Below are positions 22,528 to 36,394 of a stretch of DNA of 64,000 bases, in pieces. How positions within the stretch are numbered: position 1 is the first letter of the stretch; every line of letters begins with the position of its first letter. The notes under the pieces are model-generated. The model worked only from the letters and a program-made list of their open reading frames with translations, had not been told where the DNA came from and did not search any database. Both the position numbers and the translations under genes were made by a program. This DNA is from Somniosus microcephalus (lineage: Eukaryota): the NCBI GenBank assembly GCA_052327205.1, contig CM126233.1, positions 33,294,001-33,358,000 on the forward strand, written 5' to 3'.

Positions 22528-24730
22528 TATTACCCTGCTATGAGTGTACGAAATCCTTTACATTTTAGATTTATAGTCTTACTGATCCATAAATTAGCAC
22601 CAAGTGAGTGGCACCACTTACAGTGAAAAACTTTATACTAGCAGCTGTATACTGCTGTTAGACACAGCAACTACAGTCCACCGACACTTCAATTTCAGTG
22701 GGGCTTATTTGAATTTTTCCACCTTCTCTCTGTAGGTAGTTCCGCGAGCACCAGCGATCCTCTATGCAGTACAGAGGGTAGATTTTTTTTTTAACAAAAT
22801 GAAATCAATGCATGCAGATATCAAGGCGGCAGCAAGATTGGTTTTAGACAGGGAGAACCAGTTTTGGTTACTGTTGTGATCACGGAGTTCAAGATTATTT
22901 GATTACATACCTGGCTGTGGAATGGAAATGGTTAGTCACGCAGCCAGTTAAAGAGTGGGTTATGTTGATTTTAATCATGGTATCAGGTATGAAGCAGGCA
23001 TGGCCATAAAGAGATTTTAAAGAATGCTGAGAGTAGCAGTGGATCGGGGGGATGAAGAGCCAGGGAGGGCTGAGGGATTAAAGAGTTGTTGAAAGCAATA
23101 AGAATAATATACGTGCTCAGAAACACTGAAGCTCTGGGCAAACTTCCAAAGAAGACAGAAGCTTTACAAAGAAAAACTGAAAGTGCTTCAAGAAAACCGC
23201 TAACTCAAATGATTTTCATAAAAATCTTTCTGAAAAGCTACATTTATGAAATAGCCATCTGCATAGATGCTTCACTGTGCTTACATTTAATGTGATTGCA
23301 TTTAATTGCCAAGCGTTTTTCACTGCATAGAATGTAGTTTTGAAGTCATGTTTCATCCTCCTGCAGAATATGAGTAACCCAACATACCTCTGCTCCAGTA
23401 ACCAGTTAGTGGAGATTGGCATTCTCCTCAAATTCAACATTGCCACAGACAATAAAAAGGTCTTACCTGGTGCCAGTCTGCAGTAACACAAACATTGTTC
23501 TCACAGGCATTCCCAATTAGACAATTATACATGGCCAGCACATAGATGCAGCACACATTTTCTACACTGCAAACACAAAGATGTGACCGTGATACAACGT
23601 CACGATCGCCATCATATCGCAGGGCCCCGAGACAAACTATGGGACAATCCCATCCATAGAACAATTTCAGTGACACCTGCAATTTGTATTTTTAACAATT
23701 AAAACTTTGATAAAATCTGAACTCAGAGGACGTAACTTACCAGGAAAAAGTATCTGTCTAAATAAGTTGGATGATCTTTACAAAATATAACAGTCACTGA
23801 TAATGACAAAAATTGAATAGGCTTTAAAAGGGGTCTCTCATCAACAGCCACCTCAACCCTACAAAGTTCGGAACCCTTCTGTGGCAGACTTGGTAATCTG
23901 ATCCTGAACCAGGCGGGTCTTCAGAACGACAGGGTATGGTTGATAATCAACTAGTCTGTCTCTTAATGGGACCTGGAGGTGTACACGGTCACTGAGAACT
24001 CAGATTCTTCCCACTCAGTTCCAGATAGTCCTTCTAGCAAGCAGTGTGGTCCCAGCTGGACAAGCAGTGAGATGCTTACAGTGCTCTATCCAGGCAAGAT
24101 CCAGTTTTACCTGGTTAAACTCCATCAGTACCCCTGTGCAAATTCAGGGGTTCTCTAAACCTTGGCCCTGCCAACAGTAAGCTCTCTGGCATTGGGTAAG
24201 TGGGGTGTGCTCCTCTGGGAGACAGGTGTTCTCCGTAATGGACAAAACAGAAATTTCTACACGTGTGGCTTTCTCTTGGTTTGGATACTCAAACAACACC
24301 GACTGATCCAAGACAAACTTTCAATGGCAGGTTTAAAACAAGCCAATCAGTGTTATTACTGTGCTTGATTACCAATCCAACAGCTCATTTCAAAAACCTC
24401 AAAACATTTAATTGGCACTTGAGTCAATAATTCCATGTAGTGAACAGTCATCAAGATGTCAAAGCCATTTCCGAGCCGCACCCACTGGAATCACTGAGAT
24501 ACATCAAAAAAAAACTGCAGATTTAGCTCAACCAAGTAATTTCTGCCCAAACTTCAGGATTACTCCCCCTGCTGGGCCGGTTAGACAGATACAGATTAGG
24601 AAGCCCAATGAGCAGCTCAACACATGCTGCAGAAGGGCAGGTTTCAAATTCTTAGCCCACCGGGACAACTTCTGTGGAAGGATAGGTTTTTTACCATTGG
24701 GATGGCACCACCTAAATGAGAAGGCATATT

Positions 24731-24956
24731 TGTCATCAATCTTATCACTCATGAAGAAATGACTCATGAACTAACACTGGGCGGCCAGCTGGTGGCGGCG
24801 TCCAAGGAGTATAAATACTCGGGCGTGGGCCCAGCTTGCCCAGGACATTTTTGTAACCAGGAACTAGTGATGTAGCTAGAATCTCATGGTTGTGAAACAG
24901 TTGATTAAAACCTTGTTTTATACTCAACCAAGTGCTCAGTGAGTTTTCTTACATCA
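24731..24956 (+). mobile_element. Solo LTR, 226 bp, 5-bp TSD ATATT
   Basis: TGTCAT...ACATCA ends; ATATT at 24726-24730 and 24957-24961; TATAAATA near 24810, ATTAAA near 24904; homolog of 14643-14869. Confidence 0.8.
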
Positions 24957-26867
24957 ATATTCACCTTTACTGATTCAATTAGGAAGGATTTAAACTGGGA
25001 AAGCAGGGAAAGGGTAACAGTGTGAAGCAATTTTTAGAAACGAGTCATGTGAATACAGCATGGAGAGCAATGAATGAACTGAGATGTATTTACATGAATG
25101 TCTGGAGCAGAAGAAATAAAATGGGTGAGTTGGAAGTGATGGTAAATAGGGGCCTAATGGATACTGTCGACGTTACTAACGAGAATGAGTGGTGAACAAA
25201 CCTGCAGGACTTGTGTGTGCTTCAGGAAAGGTAGGGAAGAAAAGAAAGGGTTGGAGTGACACTGTTTAATCAGGGAAAATGTGTATGTTGCTGAGAGGAA
25301 GGAACTGGGAATTGGCACAGTCTCTTTGGGTGGATCTAGAAGACAGTAAAGGGAAAAAGTTAGTAGTAGGAATATGTTACACGCCACCACAAAATAAAAT
25401 TATGAGGATAGACGTACTGTTGTGGCAAGTCATAAGAAATATTAGTGCAGAGAGCTTATTTGTACTCAAGGGATTTTGATTTTCCCGATATAAACCAGGG
25501 CTAATCTGCATATATGTGGGAGATTATTGAAGTACTTAAACAGCTACTGAGGGAACCCAAAAGGGGAAAAGTAATATTGGATTTAGTCCTTACTAGCGAG
25601 GAGGGAGTGATAAGCAAGCTGAAGTAAGAGAACATTTGGAGTCTAGTGATCATAACTTTTTTAATTTAAGAAGCTTAAGAAATTGGATTTCTGGATATCA
25701 GACTTTGAAGGAATGAAATGCTGTATGAAAGAAATACATTTTTTTAACAGAATGAAGGAGGGAAAATTATGGTGTTTTAAGACAATATTATTTACGTTGC
25801 AGGAGCAGTTTATCCCAGAAACCAGTTGAGAATTGGATAGTAAAGCAGACAACGATGAAAAGGGAAGTCATGGAGTGTATACAGGATAAAGAAAGGGCAT
25901 ATAAAACTCTGAAATGCACAGAGAAGGAAAATGATAATGAGAAAAATCAAGCAGAGGCAGGCCAAGAAACTGATGAGATGGAAAAAGTGAAGAGAAGAAC
26001 ATAGCAGAAAATATAAAAGGTAATAGCAAAAGTACATCAGGAGCAAAAGAATGGTGGAGAGAAGTTGGTCCGTTTACCAGCGGCATTGTGAAGGTGGTGT
26101 TTGAAAACATGGATGTGACGAATTCCTAGATTATTATTGTGACTTTTTTTGAACGGGCAGTGGGGGAAGAGAAGAAAATGAGGTGCCCGAGTTGAGAGGG
26201 GAGTACAAGGGGGAGAGCTGGTTGAAAAGGAAGGCATAGTTTAGAAAGGAACGTTGGAAGTAAACAAGGCTCTGAGCTCTCGCAATTTCCATCCAAGGAT
26301 GCGTGTGGATCTGGATGAAGAAACTGAAAATCCCCTGATATCTTTCAAAGTTCAGTAAAATCCCAAAGGTTTGGAAAGTAGCAAATATGATTCCCTTGTT
26401 TGAGAGGAGCAGGAATGAACTCTTAAATTTCAGACCTCAAACCCTCACCTCAACTAGGCAACTGAGATAGAATTGTGGAACAACCATCGAGTGGTGGGTT
26501 AGAAAGCCACAGCCAGTTTTAAAAAGGGACTGGAAAGGAGATACAGGGCTACTAGTTCCAGAATCACAGTAAGGAAACAGATGGTCCTTTTCCTGCCCAA
26601 ATATATTTCTATGTTTTAAATTACATTTCTTGACAAAGATCCAAAAGGACAACTAGTCTACATCACTTGTATGGGCATTTCTGGTTAACAACCCAACAAT
26701 TCAATCTACCACAGTTCTTTATTTCCTTTAGTCCACATGGTAGGAAAGCATGAGACAGCAGGAAAACCACTCAAGTGGATTGGAAATTGGTCAAACTGGA
26801 GAAAGCAAAGCATGGTGATAAATGAAGCTGCATCAACATGACAAGGGGTCAGCAGTGGGGTGCCACA

Positions 26868-26929
26868 GGGATCAGTGCTAGGGCCACGGGGATCAGTGCT
26901 AGGGCCACGGGGATCAGTGCTAGGGCCAC
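26868..26929 (+). repeat. 21-bp tandem triplication GGGATCAGTGCTAGGGCCACG
   Basis: Three consecutive units covering the GSVLGP RT motif of the old CR1. Confidence 0.9.
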
Positions 26930-27094
26930 TAGTGTTTACAGTGTACATAAAATGATTTGGAGCTAAGGACAGAAAACAAGCTAAGTTAACAGATGACGCC
27001 AAATTGTGATGGGGAATTGGCGGGCGGGGGGGGGGGGGGGGTTCCAACAATATCTAACAGATAAACCAAATACAAAGCGATCTGGCTACATTAG

Positions 27095-29934
27095 AAGTAA
27101 ATGGGTATGATGTAATTGCCATTACAGAGACATGGTTGCAGGGTAACCAAAGCTGGGAACTGAATGTTCCAGGGTACTCAACATTTAGGAAGGACAGACA
27201 AAAAGGAAAAGGAGGTGGCGTAGCGCTGTTAATAAGGGATGAGGTCGGTACGGTAGAGATAAAAGGTCTTGGCTTGGCAGTTCGTGATGTAGAACTGGAA
27301 TCAGTTTGGGTGGAGCTAAGAAACAGCAAAGGGCGGAAAACATTGGTGGGAGTTGTGTATAGGTCACCAAACAGTAATGGTAATGTAGGGCACAGTATCA
27401 ATCAAGAAATTAGAAGTGCATGTAACAAGGGCAATACAGTAATCATGGGGGACTTTAATCTACATATTGACTGGGCAAATCAAATTACCACTAATGGTGT
27501 GGAAGACAAATTCTTGGAATGCATGCGAGATGGTTTCCTGGATCAGTATGTGGAGGAACCAACCAGGGAACAGGCTATTCTGGATCTGATACTGTATAAT
27601 GAGAAAGGGCTAATCAATATTCTTGTGGTAAAGGGGCCTTTAGGGACAAGTGATCATAATATGATTGAATTTTACATTAAGTTTGTGAGTGATGTAGTCC
27701 AATCTGAAACTAAGGTCTTCAATCTAAACAGAGGAAACTACAAGGGTATGAGGGACAAGTTGGCCATGGTAGATTGGGAGACTACACTAAAAGGTATGAA
27801 GGTGGACATACAATGGCTAACATTCAAGGAAATAATGCATAATTTGCAACAAACATATATTCTTCTAGGGCATAAAAACCCAAAAGGAAAAGTGATCCAA
27901 CCATGGCTAACAAAAGAAATTAAAGCTAGTATTAAGTCAAAGGAGGAAGCTTATAAAGTTACCAGAAAAAGCGGTCAGCCCGAGGATTGGGATCTTTTTA
28001 GAAATCAGCAAAGGGGGACCAAGAAATTGATAAAGAAAGGGAAAATGGAATATGAGCACAAACCAGCGAAAAATATAAAAACAGATTCTAAAAGCTTCTA
28101 TAGGTATGTGAAAAGGAAAAGACTGGCGAAGGTAAATGTAGGTTCTTTACAGTCAGAGACGGGAGAATTTATAATGGGGAATGAGGAAATGGCAGAGAAA
28201 TTAAATAAATACTTTGTTTCTGTCTTCATGGAGGAAGACACAAAAAACCTCCCAGAAATACGAGAAAACCAAGGGTGTGGCGAGAATGAGGAACTTAAAG
28301 AAATTATTATTAGTAAAAAAAACAATACTAGCAAAATTAATGGGACTAAAAGTCAATATATCTCAAGGACCAGATGACCTACATCCTAGGGTTTTGAAAG
28401 AGGTGGCCATTGGAATAGTGGACGCATTGGTTGTCATCTTCCAAAATTCTATAGATTCTGGAACGGTTCCTGCAGATTGGAGGATAGCAAATGTAACCCC
28501 GCAATTTAAGAAGGGAGAGAGAAAATGGGGAACTACAGACCTGTTAGCCTCACATCAATAGTTGGGAAAATGCTGGAATCTATTATAAAGGATGCAATAA
28601 CTGGGCACTTAGAAACTAATAGTAAGATTGGGCAGAGTCAACATGGATTTATGAAAGGGAAATCCTGTTTCACCAAACCTATTGGAGTTCTTTGAGGATG
28701 TAACTAGTGGAGTAGACAAAGGGGAACCAGTAGATGTGGTGTATCTGGATTTTCAGAAGGCCTTCGATAAGGTCCCACACAAGAGGTTGGTGAACAAAAT
28801 TAGGGCACATGGAATTGGGGGTAATACACTAGCATGGATTGAGAATTGGTTAACAGACAGAAAACAAAGAGTAGGGATAAACGGGTCTTTTTCAGGATGG
28901 CAGGCTGTGACTAGTGGGGTACTGCAAGGATCGGTGCTTGGGCCCCAGCTATTCACAATCTATATCAATGATTTGGATGAGGGGACTAAATGTAACATTT
29001 CCAAATTTGTTGATGACTCAAAGCTAGGTGGCAGTGTCAGTTGCAAAGAGGATGTGAAGAGGCTTCAAGGGGATCTCAACAGGCTCAGTGAGTGGGCAAG
29101 AACATGGCAGATGGAATATAATGTGGATAAATGTGAAGTTATCCACTTTGGTAGAAAAAACAGAAAGGCAGAGTATTTCCTAAATAGTGAAAGATTGGGG
29201 AATGCAGATGCTCAAAGGGACCTGGGTGTCCTTGTACATGAGTCACTGAAAGTGAATGTGCAGGTGCAGCAAGTCATTAGGAAGGCAAATGGTATGCTGG
29301 CCTTCATTACAAGAGGATTTGAGTACAGGAGTAAAGAAGTCTTACTCCAATTATATAGGGCCTTGGTGAGACCACACCTGGAGTACTGTGTACAATTTTG
29401 GTCTCCTTACCTAAGGAAAGATATACTTGCCATAGAGGGAGTGCAACAAAGGTTCACGAGATTGATTCCTGGGATGGCGGGACTGTCATATGAGAAGAAA
29501 TTGAGTAAACTAGGCCTGTATTCTCTTGAATTCAGAAGAATGAGAGGGGATCTCATTGAAGCATACAAAATTATTACAGGGCTTGATAGGATGGATGCTA
29601 AGAGAATGTTTCCCTTAGCTGGGGAATCTAGAACCAGTGGCCACAGCCTCAAGATAAAGGGTAGGCCATTCTGGACTGAGATGAGGAGAAATTTCTTCAC
29701 ACAGAGGGTGGTGAATCTTTGGAATTCTCTACCCCAGAGGGCTGTAGAGGCTCAGTCATTGGGTATATTCGAAACAGAAGTCGATAGATTTCTGACTAGT
29801 AAGGGCATCAAGGGATATGGCGATAGGGCCGGTGAATGGAGTTGAGGCAGAAGATCAGCCATGATCTCATTGAATGGCGGAGCAAGCTCGAAGGGCCGAA
29901 TGGCCGACTCCTGCTCATATGTTATGTTCTTATG
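27095..29934 (+). mobile_element. Young CR1 LINE with nearly complete ORF2 (APE endonuclease + RT), frameshifted
   Basis: ORFs 27136-28377, 28214-28561 and 28682-29845 carry AITETW, GVVYRSP, MGDFN, SDH, YLDFQKAFDKVPH, QGSVLGP and FVDD. Frameshifts near 28320 and 28520. (TATGT)-type tail. Probable TTAG duplication at 27091-27094 and 29935-29938. Confidence 0.95.
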
Positions 29935-32496
29935 TTAGGAAGATGAGTGGCAAATGGCATTTAATGTGGGCAAATGCAGGTAATGAGACTAGGGAGGGCA
30001 AATTAACAGTAGAATTAAAAAATAAAGGCCTGAGGACACAGGACATAATACAGGCGAGGGATCTGGGGGTACAGGCAGATAATTGATTTAACCTGACAGT
30101 GCAGTGTGTGGCAGCTATACTTAGTTTAAGGCATCTGAGCCAAGAGGAAAGGTTGAAGAACCTGGGATCACTTACTCTGGAGAAAAGATGGCTTGCGGGA
30201 GATATTCCAAGTATTTACGATTCTTAAGGGAATTGATAAATGGAACCCAATAATCTGTTTGAGATTCCCACAGATTCGAGAACCAGGGGCACAGCCTCAT
30301 GCTTAGGAAAGAGAAAGTGCACAGGCAGTTTAGGTTACTATATGTAGAGGATAGGGTACTTTTGGACAGGACCACTCAAGGAAGAGGTGGAGACAGATAA
30401 GGTGGACCCATTTAAGAGAGGATTGGATAGATATTTGAGAGATGGTCAACTGATAGGTATTAGGCTTTTGGAACTGGCCAAATAGAATACAGTGTCTTTT
30501 CTGGTCTTGCACCTTCCTATGTTTACTCTATGGTCAGTTTGCTGTTCCACTCTTCTGGACATTTTAGTGAGAAAAAAAAACTACAATAGTGAATTGTCTG
30601 TATTACAAAAAACTGATTTCCAATTCTTCTCTCCACGCATGTGCTATTTCATGATTGATACAACATCCATGTTTCCAGATGCTACCAATTATGCTCTGTA
30701 ACCGAAGACATGCATGCACCATGCTTTAGATGTTCCCTCCCTCCCTCGACAGAATAGAAACTCACTATGCAGAGCAAGGGTTCTCAGAATGAAGCCCGGG
30801 GCCACTTACAGCCCACCTCCTCCTCACCTGTGGCCCTCAGCAGAGGCGTTGCTCCATCTGTCTCTGGGCCTCCATCCACAGCCCGCCAGCTCTGGGATTT
30901 TGCTGGAGCCAGGATTACATACATATAAAGAGAGAGAAAAATAGAGGAGAGAGAAAGAGAGAGAGCAAGATTGGGATTGTGACCCTTAACAAAAAAGTTA
31001 GTAACTCTGATGTACAAATTACTGCACAGTTACATCTTACCACTCAGCACTGCCGCCTTCTGCACCAGTGCATCACAAGAAACATTTTTATTTTTAAATC
31101 CTGACCTGAGCAATAATCATAGAATGAACATTCATGACGCAATAGTTTGAATGCTGTTCATTTGAGAGAAGCGCTTTGTGATGGGGCTACGGCATTGGTG
31201 CAAGTCATGGTGCATCAGTATTTGGTCAAACAGTGTATTACTAGAAGTGAATTTTTGACAAAAAATCTCGAGTAAAAAATATTTGATAGCTGACTGTAGG
31301 AATCATTCAAAAAGCAGGGAAAATTTCATTTGTCACCATGGAAAAAATGCCAAAAATCTCAGGTTTATTGCAGGACAAACTGAGAAGCTCGCACCAGGAA
31401 CGAGTGTAACTAGCTATTATTCTGGAATTAATTTATATGTATGCAGACCAACTCCTGATGGACTCTTGGTGTGACGTACCATTTGCATCATTTAGTGCGA
31501 TGTTTCTGAAAGAGTCAGTGAAAATGCTAGCTTCTGCCTGGTATGTCTGCAGAGGCCACTGCATGCTGGGCACCACCTAGCATGTGATTAATTGCGTAAA
31601 TCCACCGTCTCCATTCAAGCTGTTCTATAATGGACATACCATCAACATCTCATTGGCCAGGGATGTGCGTCACAGGAGCAGTTTGAGCGGGAATGAGGCG
31701 CTACATCATCAATCACGTGCGTGGTAATGTGTGGCGATCGATGAGTGGGCAGTCCAAATGGCAACAGAATCCAGTTGGATTCTTTCTGGCCTTTTTGGCT
31801 CAGTCCACACTAAACAGTACAATCACCCACTGAGCTATCAAGGTGGTTTCAAATATGCTTGCCACTTGCAGAAAGAACCCAGTGCTTATGAGAAAAGTAT
31901 TCTTAACATTTTTTCAACTCAGTTTAGCAATTTAAAGAAGGTGACATTGCCTGTTACAGGCCTGAATGAGATATATAGACAATTATGAGTGTGCCCATTT
32001 TGAAAATGAACAGGGTCAGTAGAAATCAACAGAGAAATTTGGTATGTTTTGTGAAGAACAGTAACATTTTCTGATAGAAAATCTATTTTCCCACAATTGA
32101 TAAGAAAATCAATGAACAGCAACAATTTGTAAATATTTGTAATTGTGGAGATAGGCAGGGTTAGGCTGTAGAGGGGTTTGAAGACAAGAATGAAGATTTT
32201 AAATTCAATGTGTTGGGTGACAGGGAGCCCATGTCGGTCAGCGAGGACCGGGGTGAAATTAAACATTATTTCACAAACCATCATGATTACACATTCATTC
32301 AAGATAGCAATTGGATTAAAATGGGTCTTTTATTCAATCTATCACACATCTATAACACAGCTTTTATGTCATAAGGGTCTCTATGCATTTTACTGCCATT
32401 TTTCACTGGCAATCTTAGTGCACAGATGCTGTCAAAACAGTGACCATTTTGTCTGAATGACTATGTAACAGAAACAGCCATCAGTAAGTCCAAATA

Positions 32497-32819
32497 CAGG
32501 AAACTTTGGTTTATCCGGAGGTTAACTGTCCGGAATGCTCGATCCACCGGCAAAAATCAGGAGCCGTTTCGTTAGGTTTTTTTTCTTTTCGTTGCCTTTT
32601 TTTCACCAGTCAGGCTCTGCAAGGTCTCGCTGAAGCTGTTGCTAAGCTACAGAGACGCTTGCAAGGTACGGCCGACTGTTTAGAAGCTAACAGGGTTTGT
32701 TGCCAGATACGGAGCTCAAAATCTCCGTATGTTTCAACATTAGCGCTGGTTTGTCCGGCAGTTTTGATGGGACAGCAACAGCTCGGTCCCGTCGGTGCCG
32801 GATAGCACAAAGTTTCCTG
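32497..32819 (-). mobile_element. pogo/Tigger-like MITE, family A
   Basis: CAGGAAACTTTG TIRs and TA TSD. Confidence 0.9.
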
Positions 32820-33546
32820 TATCAACATCTCAATGTGGTAGTGGTCATTTTGAGTTTGGTGGGTTAGTAGGAAAAGAAATTAAGATGCAGTCAAACAATT
32901 TCAAAACAGTAAGTGTGATCTTATTTGAAAGCTTAAGACTTGTTGATTTCAACTAGTAATTACCCTCTTTGGGAAGGAAGTGACAAATGGGATTTCTGTG
33001 GTATCAAGTCGGCTCCAAAATGACATGCCTGCCAATGGAAGGTTGGAACGGAGTCAATCTTCCGTGGTAGGCACAATAATCGGATACCTGAGCCAGGCAG
33101 GTCCACAGGGAACTGTTGACGATTGACCAGTCAGCATGGCGCGCTAATAGAGACCAGGAGGGCTAAACCTGTCACAGAGGGCGGATATGTTTCTCACTTG
33201 GCTGCAGATAACCCTAAACGTTCCAACAGGTAGGATTGTCCTGGTTGGCAAAGCAGTAGGACTCTTACCAGTGTTCCGTGCAGTTTTAACTTGATGAACT
33301 CCAGTAAACTCAGGGTCCTTAAGTCTCGGCTCTGGCCAATTTACGCCTAAACTCTCTGGACTTAGATAAGTGGGGAGTCCCCCTATGGGGCAAGAGTGTG
33401 CGCTCCATCAGATAAACAGAAACTCTGCCTCTGTGGCTTTCTCAACAGCTGGGTTTGGAGAAGTTTGAGCACGGTTATAGATTTCGGTGGATATCAGATA
33501 CCCATCTGATCAGAGAAATCACGTTGAAATATGCAGTAGTCACAGG

Positions 33547-33681
33547 CACTGTTCCCTTTAAGCTGCGCAGCGCTCTGGAGGTCCCGCGCAGCCAGCTCAC
33601 CGGCTTTTAAATGGAAAAGCCGCGCATGCGCAGAAATTTGAATGGACCGCGCTGCCCAAAAGAAAATTAGAGGGAACATTG
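33547..33681. mobile_element. hAT-superfamily MITE, 135 bp
   Basis: 15-bp imperfect TIRs CACTGTTCCCTTTAA / TTAGAGGGAACATTG; 8-bp TSD GTCACAGG / GTCACGGG (1 mismatch). Confidence 0.8.
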
Positions 33682-34608
33682 GTCACGGGGGGTCCATGCT
33701 TGCAGATTTCTACAGTCCTCATTGTAGGATAATTACTAAATTTGGTAAAGATGTGAAGTGTTTCTATGTTATTTACATAAATTTGTGTAGCTTGACAAAA
33801 AAAAATCGTCTTTTAATCTCGGAAAGTCAGTTGCTTGAAAGGCACATTTTGAATGATTTTGTAAAAGTTAGCATTTCACAATACACAGGAAGAGAGAGAA
33901 GAAAGAATTTGTAAGCATGTGCTGTGTCTGTACTCGTTCGCGTTTTTGGTTAAGAATCAAATTTTGTTTAAACGCATAATTCTTAAACAAAAGACAGCCT
34001 CCATAGCCTGCAAGTCAGATACTGATTATTTAGCACAGTTCTAAAAACTGGAACACGATGAATGAACACCGAATCTGAAACAATGAAGGTGTTCCTACTG
34101 TAGCAGTTAACGTGTTAAAAAGTGCACATTCCTGCCATATCACCCATAGCCTTTCTTTCCTCACCCAGTCTCTCTACTTTGGGTTGTTGAACAACATTTT
34201 CTGAAGTAGTATATTCACAAAGTTAAAAATATTACGATCCTACCTTTAATTAAACACAGAAGTCGTCGAGCAAGGGGATTGTGAGAGCTGCCGTCATGCT
34301 GGCCCTTTTTACACGGTACAGCATTTGATAGGGCGTTTAAGCTTTAATCTAATCTCTTCCTGCTTGCTCTACCTAAACAGGATTGCCCACATTACAGCTG
34401 CATTCCTCACTCTGTAACCTACAATACTCACTGGCAGCCAGCAGGGACACTCGCATCAATTAAACATTTTCCTTACACGTACGTAGCTAACAGTCTGAGG
34501 CTCGACTCTTAAAATTTTTAAGGTTTTGAAGTTACAATAAGCTGAGAGAAAGGAGAAACCAAGTCCTCTTCCCCCCACCTTGCTCCCCCAACTGCTGTAG
34601 TCTCTTAC

Positions 34609-34802
34609 CCAAATTACTGTAAGTCGCGCTGCTGATACTATCGTCAGCAGACTCGCTGCCTGTGTCTCTTTCGTCCTGAGATCCTGCGGTGGCCAGTATC
34701 AAAGTCATCGCGCCAGGTGTCTCTTGGCTCGCTGAGGATGACCTTTGAACTTCTGATACTTGTGGTGGCATGTCTTCAACGGTCATCTCACCCGGAAGGT
34801 TG
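34609..34802 (-). CDS. PEAK1: PEAK1 coding exon 2 (194 bp)
   Basis: Acceptor tttttttttcattcaag|C (phase 2) and donor TTG G|gtaaga (phase 1) join both neighbours in frame. Ends ...SSATYSNLG, which continues as QSRAN in the next exon. Confidence 0.92.
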
Positions 34803-36187
34803 CTTGAATGAAAAAAAAATTCTCGTCAGGGTTCATAATGCATTAAACATTCACATATAATTCTTGGCCTAATAAAACTGGGGCATTTATACTTAACGCT
34901 GCACTCCAAAAATATTCCTTAATGTAACTCAAGAATGCTTGAAAAAAAAAATATGCACAACTTGGGAACAGTTATGCAGAGTATATGTTGAAACTTATTA
35001 AGTAAAGACTTGCAAGAACTTGTTAGTTCAAGGATCCCTGGGCGATTTTAGCTTCATTTTACAGTGTCTTCAATTAATCTTGTTCCAAGGCAAGATCTGG
35101 TAAACCAGGTTTCTTTAATGTTTGTGCGTTTACCCTTATATAGCTGTAGAGAGAGTAAGTCCGAATTTGAAATCCATAATTCATTGCAATTTCTACAGGG
35201 CGCCATACCGCAACAAAGATTTATGCTTAACTAAAGTGTGTCCCAATTGATAATCGTGAAAAACCTTTGGTGTTTACACTGCATCTGGTCAAAGTGCCAA
35301 GTGAAATCTACAACATTTTAAATTAAAATTCTCAACATACTCTTAAGTGCTGAAAAACACTTTTTAAAGCTCATTCCCGAGGCAGTTTATCCCCCTTTTT
35401 TTTCAGCTACTCATTTAGGAATCTATTTGAAATTGTTTTAGTGCAAATTGAATTACAACTTCCAAGTTTCAAGTCAGCATTACTACCGCATAAGTCTGTC
35501 ACTGTACTATGCATCTCACTGCCTTAAAACAGATAGGCAGAAGTTTCAACTGTTAACTTACCTACTCAAGTCACTCACACAACTCCCCATTGAAACAAGT
35601 GTTTTTGAATTTGCTTCTCAACTTCATAAACATGTTTTGAAAGCTTCTGATTAACTTGCAGAGCTTTAAAGCTCTAACACACAGTGATATCATCAGCCAG
35701 ACCTTCCTACCTGGGGCTTAGTCTTGACAATCTGCCAGCATTATCTACCTATAGTATTTTAGTCACTAACTGAGTCAGATTTATTAACACTTACAGAGCT
35801 GCGGCACTCAACTTAATTTCAGCGACTCTCATTCAGTACAGTTGGAGAATAAAATAAAGGCAAGAAGTTCATGCCTCACGAGGAAGCTCAACTAATACTT
35901 TAAAATTTGAATGCATATTATGGAAATATTTTTCCAACTACAGTAGTAGTTCCTTGCTAACGTCCAGCATGTGCAAAAAAACAAATGTGCCATTAGTATA
36001 AAATAAATTGTATCAGAGTATCGAATGTCCTTTTCAATTTTCCCCAATAAGCAAATATTAAAGAACGTCTACAAAAAATGTAAATTTTCTTCTACTCCCT
36101 CCCTATTTTGTAAACTGTTTTCTTGCCTACTCGTGTCACTCTCCATTGCACTCGTCCTTTTCTCCCTCCCCCTACTACAATCTTCCC

Positions 36188-36332
36188 NNNNNNNNNNNNN
36201 NNNNNNNNNNNNNNNNNNNNNNNNNNNNNNNNNNNNNNNNNNNNNNNNNNNNNNNNNNNNNNNNNNNNNNNNNNNNNNNNNNNNNNNNNNNNNNNNNNNN
36301 NNNNNNNNNNNNNNNNNNNNNNNNNNNNNNNN
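36188..36332. other. Assembly gap (145 N)
   Basis: Run of N. Confidence 1.
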
Positions 36333-36394
36333 ATGGACTAGAACCAGTTGTTAAACACATGGGGTGATAGAGATTTCACATTTTGTTCCTTCTG

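Larger units (their letters stand above)
24540..30525 (+). mobile_element. Old, decayed, nearly full-length CR1 LINE hosting two nested insertions
   Basis: ORF1 esterase-like remnant (QLNTCCRRAGFKFLAHRDNFCGR) at 24590-24720, endonuclease remnants at 25070-25660, RT motifs at 26760-27090. After the young CR1 it resumes at 29935 (EWQMAFNV) and ends with a CR1 tail near 30520. Confidence 0.7.

Noticed and set aside
23830-24360. Possible LTR/ERV-like segment (also 33000-33530)
   Set aside because: Composition is suggestive, but I found no termini, TSD, second copy or coding motif.
27136-29845. Endonuclease and reverse-transcriptase ORFs as a novel RT system or host gene
   Set aside because: Ordinary frameshifted CR1 ORF2 with many related fragments in this window.
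36025-36367. ORFs containing X runs
   Set aside because: Artefacts of the N gap.
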